The position numbers and the translations under genes were made by a program. Shown piece after piece: positions 1 through 12,139 of a stretch of 64,000 nt of DNA. How positions within the stretch are numbered: the first letter of the stretch is position 1; each line of letters starts with the position of its first letter. The DNA is from Podospora anserina (taxonomy: Eukaryota): assembly GCA_017654855.1 (NCBI GenBank), contig CM030332.1, positions 7,750,001 to 7,814,000 on the forward strand, in the 5' to 3' direction. The notes beneath the pieces were generated by a model that was not told the origin of the DNA, made no database searches, and saw only the letters and a program-made list of their open reading frames with translations.

Positions 1-435
1 TCCCATGCCATCTATTGCCAGTGTTTTGGCTGAGGCCGGGCCGCCTGGGCTTCCGCCACTGGTAAGCAGTCTCTAGGGTGCGGTGAAGGGAAGGATTGTG
101 CTGACAGGGGACTTTTTGAATAGTTGGTCTCGAGTAAGGATGAGGGTTACGAGGGGGATGACGAGAAGGGCACATCTCTAACAAGCGTCGAGACATCTGG
201 ACAGCGGGACACTGGAAAGAGAATTGAAGATAGGATTATGGGATACTCAGCGGAATTATTTGGTTTGTAGTCATAGACTTTTTGATATGACTGGGTAGAA
301 TGGATTAGCGAAGAATGATAACTAATTGTGAGGAGGTGTTGAATACCGTTTGGGTTGTGCTGAAAATTCTTTAGAATGTGGTTAGATGTCTCAAAGGTTG
401 GTGGGGAAGTTTTGAAGAGCAAGTGCGTTGCTTAT

Positions 436-833
436 TGTCACGAATATGATGTGGACACCCGCAAAGAACAACCAATAGGGAAGAGGAGGCACGGCGGCCA
501 ATCAAGAGAAAGGAGGATGGACCAGTAAGAGGTGGATCATCCGGGACATGAAGGAATCATGAGCGATTCCCAGGAATCACTCATGATCCTTAGGAGTCGG
601 TCATGATCCGGGGAGAAACAGAATGATCCAGGCTTGGCATTAGGTCTATATATACGGAGGAACTAGATAGCTTGCAGATAGTTCCGCAGTATGCAATTCA
701 CAGTTGAATTCACGGCATCTTGTGTTTACATCGAGACATCTTGTTGTGCACTGTTTAGCTGCACCGAACCAATTGTCAGAAGTTACCTTCAACCCGTATC
801 CCTTTCAGAGGTTCTGTACAGGGGTTCGTCACA
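436..833 (+). mobile_element. Putative LTR (~400 bp) of an LTR retrotransposon, solo or 5' LTR remnant
   Basis: Starts TGTCACGAA (436) and ends TTCGTCACA (833): TG...CA termini forming an 8/9 inverted repeat. Internal TATA-like CTATATATA at ~647 and short internal repeats (AGACATCTTG/GGCATCTTG, ATGATCC). The 5-bp flanks (CTTAT / ATAGT) do not match, so no TSD. Confidence 0.6.
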
Positions 834-1595
834 ATAGTACTACGGTGCTCAACACTATTTCAACTCCTTATTTAATGCCCTTATAATATTAGCTTGGCTC
901 CTGTTTGTATTGTCAGGTCACCTTGTTCCTTATACTGTGACGTGCCTGAGGTAAGCAAGCTCCAAGTTGGCGGCCATCATCTATCTGCTGACCAGCCAGC
1001 TCGTTTCACAACAAGTGAGTAATCCAAGCTAAAAAAAAATAAAAAAATCAGTCTGAAGCCTTCTCGACCTCTCTGGCACCCGCCGGTACATGTTTTCCCA
1101 GTCAACCCAACGACTGCTGCCTCAATCACCAAAAATGCTCTTTCAACGCCCCCTCTGCCCTCCCCCTCCCCAAGATGTCGTCAAAAACAGACCCCAAGCT
1201 TTGACCACGCACATCTTCAAACTCCAATCCCTGCCCCGTGCGCGCCCTGCAGCTTCACTAGCCACAAGCGGGAAGCCCCACCTGCCACCCCTGCCACCCC
1301 TGCCACGACCCAAAAAGAACCGCCGGGGTTAGGCAGGGAGGAAAAGGCTCCACTTTTAACGACCTTTTTGACTCTTTTTGGAATTTGGGGGTTGGGGTTG
1401 TTGACTGTTGACTGCTTTGCCATCCACAACCAGAGAGCTTGGAGCTTCCAGCCCCACCAACCAGTACTTGACCATCCCACCTGTCTCGAAACCCACCACG
1501 ACCTTGACGAACATAACCCACCCCACGATCCCCGATCAAGTTCCCCTCCCTCTCATCGAAGACGAAAACAAAGAAACAGAAAACAGATCCCAATC

Positions 1596-2181
1596 ATGAG
1601 CGAAAGACCCTACCAGCCCCGAGGCGGTCACAGAGGAGGAAGCGGAGGAGGCAGGGGAGGTCCTCATCGCGGCGGCGGCGGCGGCAATCGGGGCGGCGGT
1701 CGCGGGGGTCACCAGAACCAGCAGGGACAACAACACCAAGGCGGGTCCGGGGAGCAGACGGAGCGTCCCAAGAAGGAGAATATTCTTGACCTGAAGAAGT
1801 ACATGGACAAGAGGATTACGGTCAAGTTTAATGGCGGACGGGAGGGTAGGTTGTTCTCAAACTTGGGGAAATGGTTAAGCAGATGCTGACATGGAGGAAT
1901 GAACAAGTGACGGGTACGCTAAAGGGGTATGATGCGTTGATGAATTTGGTGCTGGATGAGGTTCAGGAGGCGGTCAGAGGTACGTTCGTTTGCGGGTTGG
2001 CGTGCTGGGGGTTAGCGAAAGGGGGGCTAACATGAGGGAAACAGATGACGAAGGCAACGAAACTACGCGATCGCTTGGTCTCGTGGTGGTACGCGGCACC
2101 CTTCTGGTTGTTATTTCTCCCGTGGACGGCAGCGAGGTGATAGCCAACCCGTTCTTGCAGCAGGAGGAGATGGAGGATTGA
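1596..2181 (+). CDS. LSM7: U6 snRNP / Lsm1-7 complex subunit Lsm7 (3 exons: 1596-1845, 1908-1979, 2045-2181)
   Basis: Spliced protein has an RGG-rich N-terminus, then RPKKENILDLKKYMDKRITVKFNGGREVTGTLKGYDALMNLVLDEV...RSLGLVVVRGTLLVVISPVDGSEVIANPF (Sm fold, Lsm7 signature). Canonical GT-AG introns with CTRAC branch sites. Confidence 0.95.
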
Positions 2182-3174
2182 GATGCATGACGAAGAGGGG
2201 GAAAGAAAGCGTGTGTCGTCAATAATGTCCCTGGCATAGCAATATCGATTGGGTCTAAGGTGCGGCAAAACAGGTTTAGAATTCATCTTCGACGGTCGAA
2301 AGGAACATGGGAGGCGAGACCCGTAAGTGCTTTGACAGCGGAAAATTGACAAGGGAGAGATACCCAGGGAACCAAGTACTTGACGTTGATGCGGGTGTGA
2401 TGAGGTCCCACACCATACCATCAGCACCAAAGGAACAGAATCATCTTCGAGATGGTAGGCTATGGAAAGCACAGCAACACCATTCAATCTTCAACACCAC
2501 AGCTTCGGCAGCAGCATAAGATATAAACTTTTCAATTTTGTTTCTTCATCATAAGAAAATGACAGCTACCGCCTCTATGACAACCGCTTATATATCCTCT
2601 TCGCTCATCTCCTTTCACCTTTCTGCCGCCTTTGCTCACCTGATTCACACTGTCCACGTCATCGCACCTCCATCACTCCTGTCCACAAGTCTCCCTCGTC
2701 TGCGATTTACATTTATCCATCTACTATCCCGCCAACGCTTCTCGTCAACTTCCTTCCGCTTCCCTTTTCCCCCTCGGATATTCCTCCCCAAGGATCTCGT
2801 CAGGTGGCAGTTTGTCCCTCGATTTATCGTCTTCGGGTCCGTGCTGGCCTTCACGTGGAGGCTGGATAATGCCTTTCCCTGCCGTGCTGTTTCCTCATCC
2901 TCGTTGTCTCGAGGCTCGTTATTGTCCGAATGTTTGACATCCTCAGTGCCTTTCGTCGTCCAGCCCCTCACCATCCCGCTGTTCTTCTTGACGCTCCCCG
3001 CCCCTCAGCTTGTTATTACCCCCCACTGAAAGCTTTGGCCTGCCTTCATCCCCTTTGTTTCTCCTCTGGGTGGTCGTTCGAATAGGCTTCCCGAACACCT
3101 CCTTCAGAATATCTCCAGATCGCAACGTGCCTCTCACCAAAGAGAGCAACCAGCCCACCCCCTATAGCAAACCC

Positions 3175-5480
3175 TTAAAGCCCAGGCGACTTGCTGAACT
3201 TCATGAGCTCATTAAACGCGCGCTCAAACATGCCCCTGAGTTCTCGGTATGTAATGACAAAAACCGTTTCGTTGTCGCGGCTCGTCAACATGATTTGCTC
3301 ATCCACGCCAGCGTCGAGCTTGCTCATGCAACTCAACATGTGGCCCAGACCAAGATCGGGCTTGCCACTGGCATCCACACGGTGGAAAACATAGTCGCGG
3401 AAGAGCTTCAACTGAAAGCGATCCCCCACCTCTGACCAGTTGGACTGGCTGCCCAAATCGCCACGTTCCAGTATGACTGATAGCTTCATCACATTGCGTG
3501 CGATCCTGCCGTTCTCAATCTCGCGAGCGAGCCAGTACTGCTGCTCGTCGTTTTCTCGGAGCGTGTTGTTTGCCTGCTGCACAAGCTGCGGCGCAATCAT
3601 GGTGAGAAAGTGTGCAATGGTGTGTGGCTGGCCGTTCGGCGCGACTGGTGATAGAAGGAACTGCAGAGCGTCCCTCAAGGAGCGCGAGTATTTGACCAGC
3701 GAGTCGAGGGCTGCCTTCGTATTGCTGGACTGCAGCAAGTTTGGAGGCATGCCCGTGGCCAGACACAGAATGACTTTGCCAAATTTGACCAGATCCTCCC
3801 CCTGCAGCTCCTGAATCGGACGGTTGTGGTCATATTGCACCACATCCAAGATGGCACATGACCCCAGTCGAATCCGGCTTTTCTCCGTCACGAGAATTTT
3901 GCTGAGGTCCAGACACCGTGCTGCAAGATTTTTGTTGTGTAGGTAATAGAGAGCGCTTGCGATCTGACAAACGTAGCTCCAGAGTATGCCTTCCGGCACA
4001 GCGGGATATCTTTGTCGGTTGTTCCCCAGGGGCGAAGAGAAGTGTTGTTCGGCCAACGTCTTGGCAAGAGGATGCCAGTCGTACACAAAGATGAGGGAGC
4101 TGTCGCCAAAGTTTTGGCTAGTAAAGGTTTCGTGAAACGACACAATGTTCTCATGTCTGACATTTTTCCAGTCCCTCATCACACTCATAACCGATTGATC
4201 ATTTGACAAGCGGTACCCTTCCAAACGTCTGAGGACGTAGTGCAGCCCAGTCGTCACTTTTTGAGCCTTGTACACCCAACTGTGGTAGCCAAAACAGGCA
4301 GTGTTTTTCCTGTGGCTGGTGTCCAGTGAGAACAGAGAGTGGTAGTTCTCGAGCTTGGGCAGGCCTGCTTTGTGGTTCAGCATTGGGTCCAGAAAGAAGC
4401 GGCAGTCAGAAGGACCTACCCGGCATTGTATGCTGTGTAGCAAACATCTTCTTTTGTATCTCCTCTCGCATGGCAGCTGGGATGAAATAGTCATAGGTGG
4501 ACCGCTGCCAAGGTTGCAGCTCTCCTCGATAAGCATCGTACGGCTGATACAGATGATAGTTTGGTTGTTGCATGGGAACAGAGGCATACGCGCCCCCTGA
4601 AGAATAGAAGCCCGCCCCAGCACCTGAGACCGCGCTGGGATCACCCGCGTAGGGATTAAAAGGTGCATTGTTCGCAAGGGCAGGAGCCATTGAGTTCATG
4701 GCAAACGGATCGCTGAAAACGCCATTGTCTTGGGCTGCGCCATTCCCCATATTCTGCTTTTCGGTCAGTCAGGCCGAAAAGGTAAATCCACATAGGGTGG
4801 CATCCTGAACATACGCTGTTTCCTAGTTCATAGTTCTGTGTGTTGCCTGACGGAGTGAACTCTCGCGCACCAGCTGGGTTGAACATGGTCAAATCAGCAT
4901 TCTGCTGCGTGCTCGCTTTTGCAAGGCCGTCAGCCTTGAACAAGAGATGACGGGTCTAGACGAGAGCCACACTCACCGGTGACACCGCGAGGGGTGAAGG
5001 GCGCAGCATTTGCTGCTTGAGAAGAAAGGGTGGTCTTCTTGGCTTGTCCCAGATTTTGGCCCGAGGGCGTGAAGGAAGGTGAATCGGCATTGAAAGATTT
5101 CTTGGAAAGACTGCCGGCACGGTTAGACGCGCAAAGATCAAGCATGATACCACATCCACAAGCCACACAAGCCCGGTTCTTGGCTTTTCGCATGGCCGCA
5201 TGCCACCTTCACCAACGGCTAACGACTTACAAATCGGAAGGGCCAGAAGCTGGCTTGTTTTGGTCGTGGTTAAAATTACAGGTCGTGTCCATGTATCGGC
5301 AGTGCCCGTAGATCACAACGTTGCGGCAAAGGGTGTCCTTGGTATCTTTGGGCATCGCTGTCAGTTGAACCGCATGTCGACGTGCTCAATGCTTGTCGAG
5401 ATCAACCCACCTCGTCCTTTCGATCTCGGCGAGCCGACCTGCCGCCGCAGGTCGTTGGAGTTGTACCGTGATGCGGCCAT
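3175..5480 (-). CDS. PAN3: PAN2-PAN3 deadenylase subunit Pan3 (6 exons)
   Basis: MAASRYNSNDLRRQVGSPRSKGR; CCCH finger LCRNVVIYGHCRY...CNFNH; PAM2-like motifs; pseudokinase (HYVLRRLEGYRL, HENIVSFHETF); C-terminal ENGRIAR...WSEVGDRFQLKLFRDYVFH...KLDAG. Five GT-AG introns give a continuous frame. Confidence 0.95.
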
Positions 5481-6691
5481 GGCGAATCGGTTACTCTATA
5501 TCAAGGATGGAAGAATGGGAATGCCTCGGACGTTTCTAAGAGATCTGGCGCATTGTGTCAGTGAACTGTTTGAAAGGCGCCGACAGCTACAAATGCCATG
5601 ATTGGTGGCAATCCAGAGAAGACATGAGCGAGCAGTCATGGGCTCTTACTTGAAGACAGGTAGCTTAATCCTCCCATGTTTTGCTTTAGAGGGCCGAAAA
5701 GGCATCCATGGAACTGGACACAGGCTGGGAAAGAGAAGCGCAATACACAGCTGGTCGCAAGACAAGAAGAAACCGTGTTTTGAAGCGACTGGTTGCTGCT
5801 ACTATCAAACTGGAGGCTATGGCAGCGGCACGAGACAAAGGAAGCGCACGGCAGGCGATCAATGGGGCGGGGTGGCAGTGGTCGGGCTCTATATCGAAGC
5901 AACTTTGGGCTGTCCAGGAGGGGTTATGGCGGCAGAAAGGACGATGGGAAAGAATTTCGAGTTGACGTCGCTGCCAAAATCTGACAAGCTCTGAACCAAT
6001 GCGCTCACGGGGTATAGAATGGGGACGGTGCTGACTGTGCCCAGGGGAAGAAAGCATGAGAACTCTCGAGAGGGTCGTCGCGGGTGCCCGCGCGCTAAGA
6101 GTGGGGTGGGGCCCCCAACTCCTTGCTTCTTGGCCATTCAGCCTCGAGGAGGAGGAGTGAGCACGGACTCTTGTCGGGAGGCCCATTCTTCTAAGCGGGG
6201 TTGCTGACATCGTGCTCCGCGCGTATAAAGATATATATATATATATTCGTTGTATGAATCTGAGGACCAAGGCTGACCTCACCCTCAATCATCTGTCCCT
6301 GTCGCCTTCCTCAACTTGTTGAGCCCTGCCACTCCTGTTTTCCTCTCATTCACCTAGACAAGCAAGAGAGCAGTTTGCACCCGGTGCCGTAACTCTGGGA
6401 CGCGGAGGTTGACGTGTTGCGACCGATGCGGCTATCTCTTCCACCACACCAGTATCATTCGTACAACGTGCTATCTGTTTGATATCCGGACGCCGGGCAT
6501 CGCCTCAAGAGCTTGCAACAGCCAGAACAAGCTCGGTGCATCTAACAATTAATTGTGACTTAGCGCCATTCTCAACCGCACCACCGACGTGTTCTTTGCA
6601 AAGCATTACCTTGGGCAAACTGATTTGACCACGACCGGAGCTCTGGGCCACCAACCACAGCTTCGGGAATTGGGAACACGCCACCCTCAAC

Positions 6692-8318
6692 ATGGCGGAC
6701 GGCGTTGAATTTGATCTGGGCCAGCTCTCCTCCCAGCAGCAGGAGGCTCTTCAGCAATACACCGATGTCACAGGCCAAGAAATCAAGGATGCGGTGCCCT
6801 TGTTGGAGAGGTCACAGTGGAATGTCCAAGTGCGTATCCTTTCCTCCACCCAGTCAGGCACTTCGTATGAGAGCAAACGTTTGGGAAGAGAGCTGACACG
6901 CCCTCCAGATAGCTATCGCCAAATTCTTTGACGGTGACGGGCCCGACCTGGTTGCTGAGGCCCAGGCTGCACAGGATAATCCTCCGCCAGCCGCGGCAAG
7001 ATATGAGAACTTACACGAGAGCTTCCTGGATGCCGACGATGATAGGCCGAGACGAACGAGGTCCCCAAGAACAGAAGCTGCCCCACGAGTGGTGCCGCAG
7101 CAGCCGGTTAGCATCCGGCCCCGAGGACTACTGTCGATTCTTTTGACGCCGTTTTCAACCACATGGAGCTTGACGAGAGGTGTATTGGGTGTTTTTGGCC
7201 GGATCATCTCGTTCTTCTTCGCATTCCTACCTGCCTCGTTCCGGCCACGATACCTGGGTACGACCATCAGGGGCCTGGGCCAGGCTCATGGACGGACTGC
7301 GACACTGCCACAGGAGGCAGCCAGGAGGTTTCGGCGCGAGTTTGAGGAGGCATACGGCACTCACGGCCTCGTGTTCTTCGAGGGAGGCCATGCCCAAGCT
7401 CTGGACACGGCAAAGAGGGACCTCAAGTTTTTCCTGATGGTGTTGATATCGCCCGAGCATGACGACACCGACTCCTTTATTCGAAACACACTCCTCAGCC
7501 CCGATGTTGTCAGCTACATCTCAGATCCCTCCAACAACATCATCCTTTGGGGAGGAAACGTGGCCGACCCCGAAGCCCATCAGGTGGCCAACGAGTATTC
7601 CTGTCTCAAGTACCCCTTTTCGTGCTTGGTATGCCTCACCCCCAAGGAGGGCAGCACAAGGATGGGGATTGTCAAGCGTCTGGTCGGACCCATGACGCCA
7701 GCCGCTTACCTTTCTGGGCTCCAGGATGCGATTACGAAGTACTCTCCCGATCTTAACGGCGTGCGGGCTGAGAGGGCGGCCCAGGAACATGCCCGGAATC
7801 TGAGGAATGAGCAGGACTCTGCATACGAGAGGTCGCTAGCCCGTGACCGCGAGCGAGCCCGACAAAAGCGCGAGGCTGAGGCGGCAGCGGCAGCGGCTGA
7901 GAAGCGTGCTCTGGAAGAAGCCGAAAGGGCAGCCCGACAGGAGGAGCTACGGAGGCAGTGGAGAAATTGGCGGGCCACGACCGTTGCGCCGGAGCCGGAC
8001 ACGAAGGATGCTGTCAGGTTGGCTCTCAACATGCCGGCTTCCGCTGGTGGCGGGCGGGTCATCCGCAGATTTGCCAGCGACACCACATTGGAGGAACTCT
8101 ATGCGTTTGTGGAGTGTTATGGCCTTCTACAAGAAGGACCTCTGAATGAGAAGGCGGCTGAGCCAGAGGGGTACGAGCACAAGTATGGCTTCCAAATTGC
8201 ATCGGTGCTACCACGGGAGACCTTCCACCCTAGTAAGACAATCACGATTGGGCAAAAGATGGGCCGGGGCGGAAGTCTTGTGGTTGAAGATTTAATAGAC
8301 GAAGATGAAGAAGAGTAG
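6692..8318 (+). CDS. UBX3: UBA-UAS-UBX domain Cdc48 adaptor, Ubx3/Dsc5(Ucp10)/FAF2-like (exons 6692-6829, 6909-8318)
   Basis: N-terminal UBA-like (LLERSQWNVQIAIAKFFDG), hydrophobic hairpin, UAS (ALDTAKRDLKFFLMVLISPEHDDTDSF), coiled coil (RNLRNEQDSAYERSLARDRER) and C-terminal UBX (RVIRRFASDTTLEELYAFVEC). Confidence 0.85.
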
Positions 8319-9592
8319 ACGACCAGCGGCAGGTAGTATTCAGCGAGAATAGGAAAATAAAAGTACTCTTCATGCCAGGTGATGCGCAATGTTGTCTTGA
8401 AGTCTGACGTTGACAAGCGCTTGGCCGGCATCCACGGGGAGCTGCTTGCGCGTCTGATTGACGACAAGGGGGGGCTGTGCGGGTTTAGCACCGTTCTACA
8501 ACGGTCAAGTGTGTGTGTATGCTACGTTGTCGATGTCTTGGCATTGGTTTTGATATGAGACGAGACAGAACTGACACTGACACTGACAAGAACTCTTTTT
8601 TCTCTAGTGTGTCGATATCTGGATCTTGGTGGTTTTCGTGTGTTGGCGCCTTATGCGAAGACCTTGTGTCCACAACAATCAACGTCAGGACAATCCTACA
8701 TTGACTGGAGTCTTGCTTAACCAACTCGATATGGTTACACCCAACTCGGATTTGGAAACGGAACCCGGACGGGCGGCTGCCTGGCGTGAGTCTGGACCGT
8801 TTTGCTGCCATATATATATACATATATATATATATATATTTATGATAAAAGACCGATGTGTTTGCCTGAGTAGCGTCTTGTGATGTTAATATTCTATTTT
8901 CAATGCTTTCATAGCTTCCTTGTCAGCTGTTGAAGAACTCAAAAGACTGAGACCTGGCAGCTCGGACCAACAGTTCAGTTTGAACACCAACCAGCCCGCC
9001 TGCTCACCGCAAACCATACCAGTTCATCACCACTCGGTCTACTTTAACATACAATTGTCGGGGTCTGGAGAACATTGGGGAATCCCTTTTTGCCTGTGGC
9101 TCAGTTATCTATCTACCTTTTACAAAACGGTGCCTAGATCAAAGACCCTTGTTACATCTGTTGGGGGGGTGGGCACGCAACGCACAACCATCCCGCAGGT
9201 CACGCACTCACCCAAAGCAACACAACAAGAGCACTGCGGGGGCAACACAACGCCAGCCGGACGGGAAAACAGCAAGCAGGGCCACCCATCAACAAACCCG
9301 AAACCCGGACAGGAAAATCGCAACCTTCTGGGTAACGGCACACACGAATTCTCAATCGCATCTTTGCGTATTCTCAATCCTCTCCATACCTTTTCTCTTG
9401 CCGCCCTGATCTGCTGCGCTTGTGTTTGTCAGTTTCGGTGTGGAAATCATCTCCAATCCAACTCACGATACGGCGCCGGCGGCTTCTGACAGGACGCGCG
9501 CGCGCATCTGCGCCAGATCCACCTTCGTCGACAAGTACGCTCTCGCATGAATAAACACCTAGGAACATCAGATACATACGGAGAGCGACAAC

Positions 9593-11426
9593 ATGATGAA
9601 GAATTTCAGTATGAACAAGGTGCTGGGCACCATAAAAAAGAGAAATAGTATGCCTGAGCATCGTCACGACGTCAAGTGATGGACCGAAGCTAACCCTGCT
9701 GCAGCCTCGGACAGCACCACCGACATCCCAGCCGTTGTAGATCCCGCAACTGAACAACCCCAAGACACTGCTGCGCGCTGTGTGGTACGTTTTTGCGCCA
9801 TTCGCTCTCCCCCGCTTGTACGGGATACTGATTGCGATATCTCTTGCAGAAAGCCTTTTGCGAATCAAAAGGAAGCTCCACGGTACGTACCTGCTTCCCT
9901 CTTCTAGAAGCCCTGGCGCTGTTCGAGATCTGAGACAAATGTGATCCAGGGCGACGATGTCATCTACCTACCTGCTATCGTCGAAGCCGCCGTTGCCTCG
10001 CCTGTCGCAGCGACCGAGTCCGCCCGATTGATCCGCAAGTTCCTGAGCCGCGACTACTGGAGCAGACCGGCGTGCCAGTACAATGCCATCATGCTCATCC
10101 GCATCCTCTCCGACAACCCCGGCCCTGGGTTCACCAGAAACTTCGACAAGAAGTTCGTCGATGTTTGCAAGGATTTGTTACGCACCGGTCGCGATTCCAG
10201 CGTTAGGCAGCTGTTGATGGAGACATTGGACACGTTCGAGACATCCAAGGGGTACGACGAGGGGCTGAACCTCATCATCGCCATGTGGCAGAAGGAAAAG
10301 AAGAAGGCCTACGAAGCATACTCAGTGCGGTCACCTATCACCTTTCGATTGAGATGTACTGACCTCGAGATAGACCACACCATCCACCTACGCCGTCCCC
10401 CGCAACCACAACGTGCCCCCCTACCCCCAGCAGTACCCCCAACAACCCCCTTCGCAATACCCCCAACCCCCTCACCACCACAGCCACCACCACTCCTCTT
10501 CCCGATCCAGTCGCCACCGCCTCCCCGACCCCATCGAACTCGCCAATCGCCTCGAGGAAGCCCGCACCTCAGCCAAGCTCCTCGAACAGCTCGTCGCCTC
10601 TACGCCCACCCAAGAAGTCCTCGCCAACGACCTCATCAAGGAGTTCTCCGAGCGCTGCACCGGCGCCAGCAAGTCCATCCAGGGGTACATGTCCTGCGAG
10701 AACCCCGCACCGGACAACGACACGATGGAGTCCCTCATCGACACCAACGAGCAGCTCCAGCAAGCCCTCAACCAACACCACCGCGCCGTCCTCCAAGCCA
10801 AGAAACACCTCGGCGAGGCCAGATCGGACAACAACACCCCCGTTTCCCCCTCGAGCCAACAAGACCAACCCCCTGTCCCACCCAGAAAACCAATGGGGAG
10901 TGGCTATGGTGGGAACGGGTTTGGGGTAGCAGGCGGCGCGGGGTTTGGACCGTCAGGGTCGAGTTCAAGAAGCAACAGCAATGGAAAGGGGAAGGCATCT
11001 GCCGAACCGTCGTACCGGACGAATAACCCCAACCCGGCGTATGGACCTTCGGCGAGCATGGCTGGGCCGTCGAGGTCGAATACGGGTACTCCTGCGCAGC
11101 AGGAGGATGATCCGTTCCGTGATCCTGAGCCGAGACTCTCGACGAACAATAGGAGAGTCAGCGAGGATGAGACGCCTAGGTTGGGGTATGAGCCTTTTCA
11201 TCCCGGGTTTGGAGGGGGAGGGGCAGGGAACGGGAGTGCAGGGGAGCAGGTAGGGGCAGGGTCGTCGTCGAAGAAGAACAAGGATGTTGAGCCGGTGACG
11301 CCCATATCGGATGTGACGGATGAGCAGGAGGATGCGTACACCCGGGCTGCGAGGGAGAGGCCGACAGCTGGGGGGAGTGGGAGTGAGCAGGTGGTGAAGG
11401 ACCCGGGGCCGCTGTACAGGTACTAG
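9593..11426 (+). CDS. VHS/GAT-domain endosomal adaptor protein (Tom1/Lsb5-like family), 5 exons
   Basis: ATG 9593 (MMKNFSMNKVLGTIKKR). Four GT-AG introns join the VHS-like region (QYNAIMLIRILSDNPG) to the GAT domain (ELANRLEEARTSAKLLEQLV...MESLIDTNEQLQQAL) and a low-complexity tail with DPF. Confidence 0.85.
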
Positions 11427-12110
11427 GCTGTGACCCGGGCCGAGAGGCGGGAAGGGGCAGTTGTGATGGTCGGGTAGGAGATGGGAGAGGGGGATCGGAG
11501 GGGTGGGATTGGAGGGCTGTCAGGGTGGTGGCGGCCGATGAAGGGGGGGGAAAAGCGTGACACGGAAGTGATTGATCAGTTTCTCCGGAGAGGTTTGACG
11601 ATTCTGGAAGTGAGCTCGTGGTGTGAGGATGGTGCGGTGTGGTGGTGATGGATGTGTGTGCTGTCCAAGTGCGGGAGCCCCATAGCCGTCAGTTCCTGCT
11701 GATCTGACAGGCTGGTCCGATGCTACACTAATCGCCAGCCGATGAAGAGAACGTGGCCGGGAAGACGCTCATCGGTCTGGACTTTTAGCAATTGGGCGTC
11801 CATGCGGCTGTGGTCTCGCGTGGCGGCGAGAAAGAAAGGTCTCAGTCATCTATCTTGCTTTTTTGGGGAGGCGCGGGGGAGGGGAAGGGGGATGTCTTAG
11901 ATGACAGACGCCCACTCGGTTCAACGTGCATAGATGCCCGATGAACAGTTGGTGATGAAGAGGGTATTGTCGAAAAGGGAGTAAGCTTGGCGAGGTTTTG
12001 AGTGGGAGAGACGGTCTGGCGAGGAAGCCGGTCGTTGGGAGAAGAAAAAGAGGGGAAAAGCAAGAAAAAGAAAACATATCACTTTTCTTTACAGCAAGCG
12101 CACTTTGCAC

Positions 12111-12139
12111 CACACACACACACACACACACACACACAC
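12111..12139. repeat. (CA)n microsatellite
   Basis: Direct observation. Confidence 0.9.

Noticed and set aside
1368-1595. Open frame upstream of the LSM7 AUG
   Set aside because: The peptide is not protein-like, there is no well-placed near-cognate start, and the AUG at 1596 has good context.
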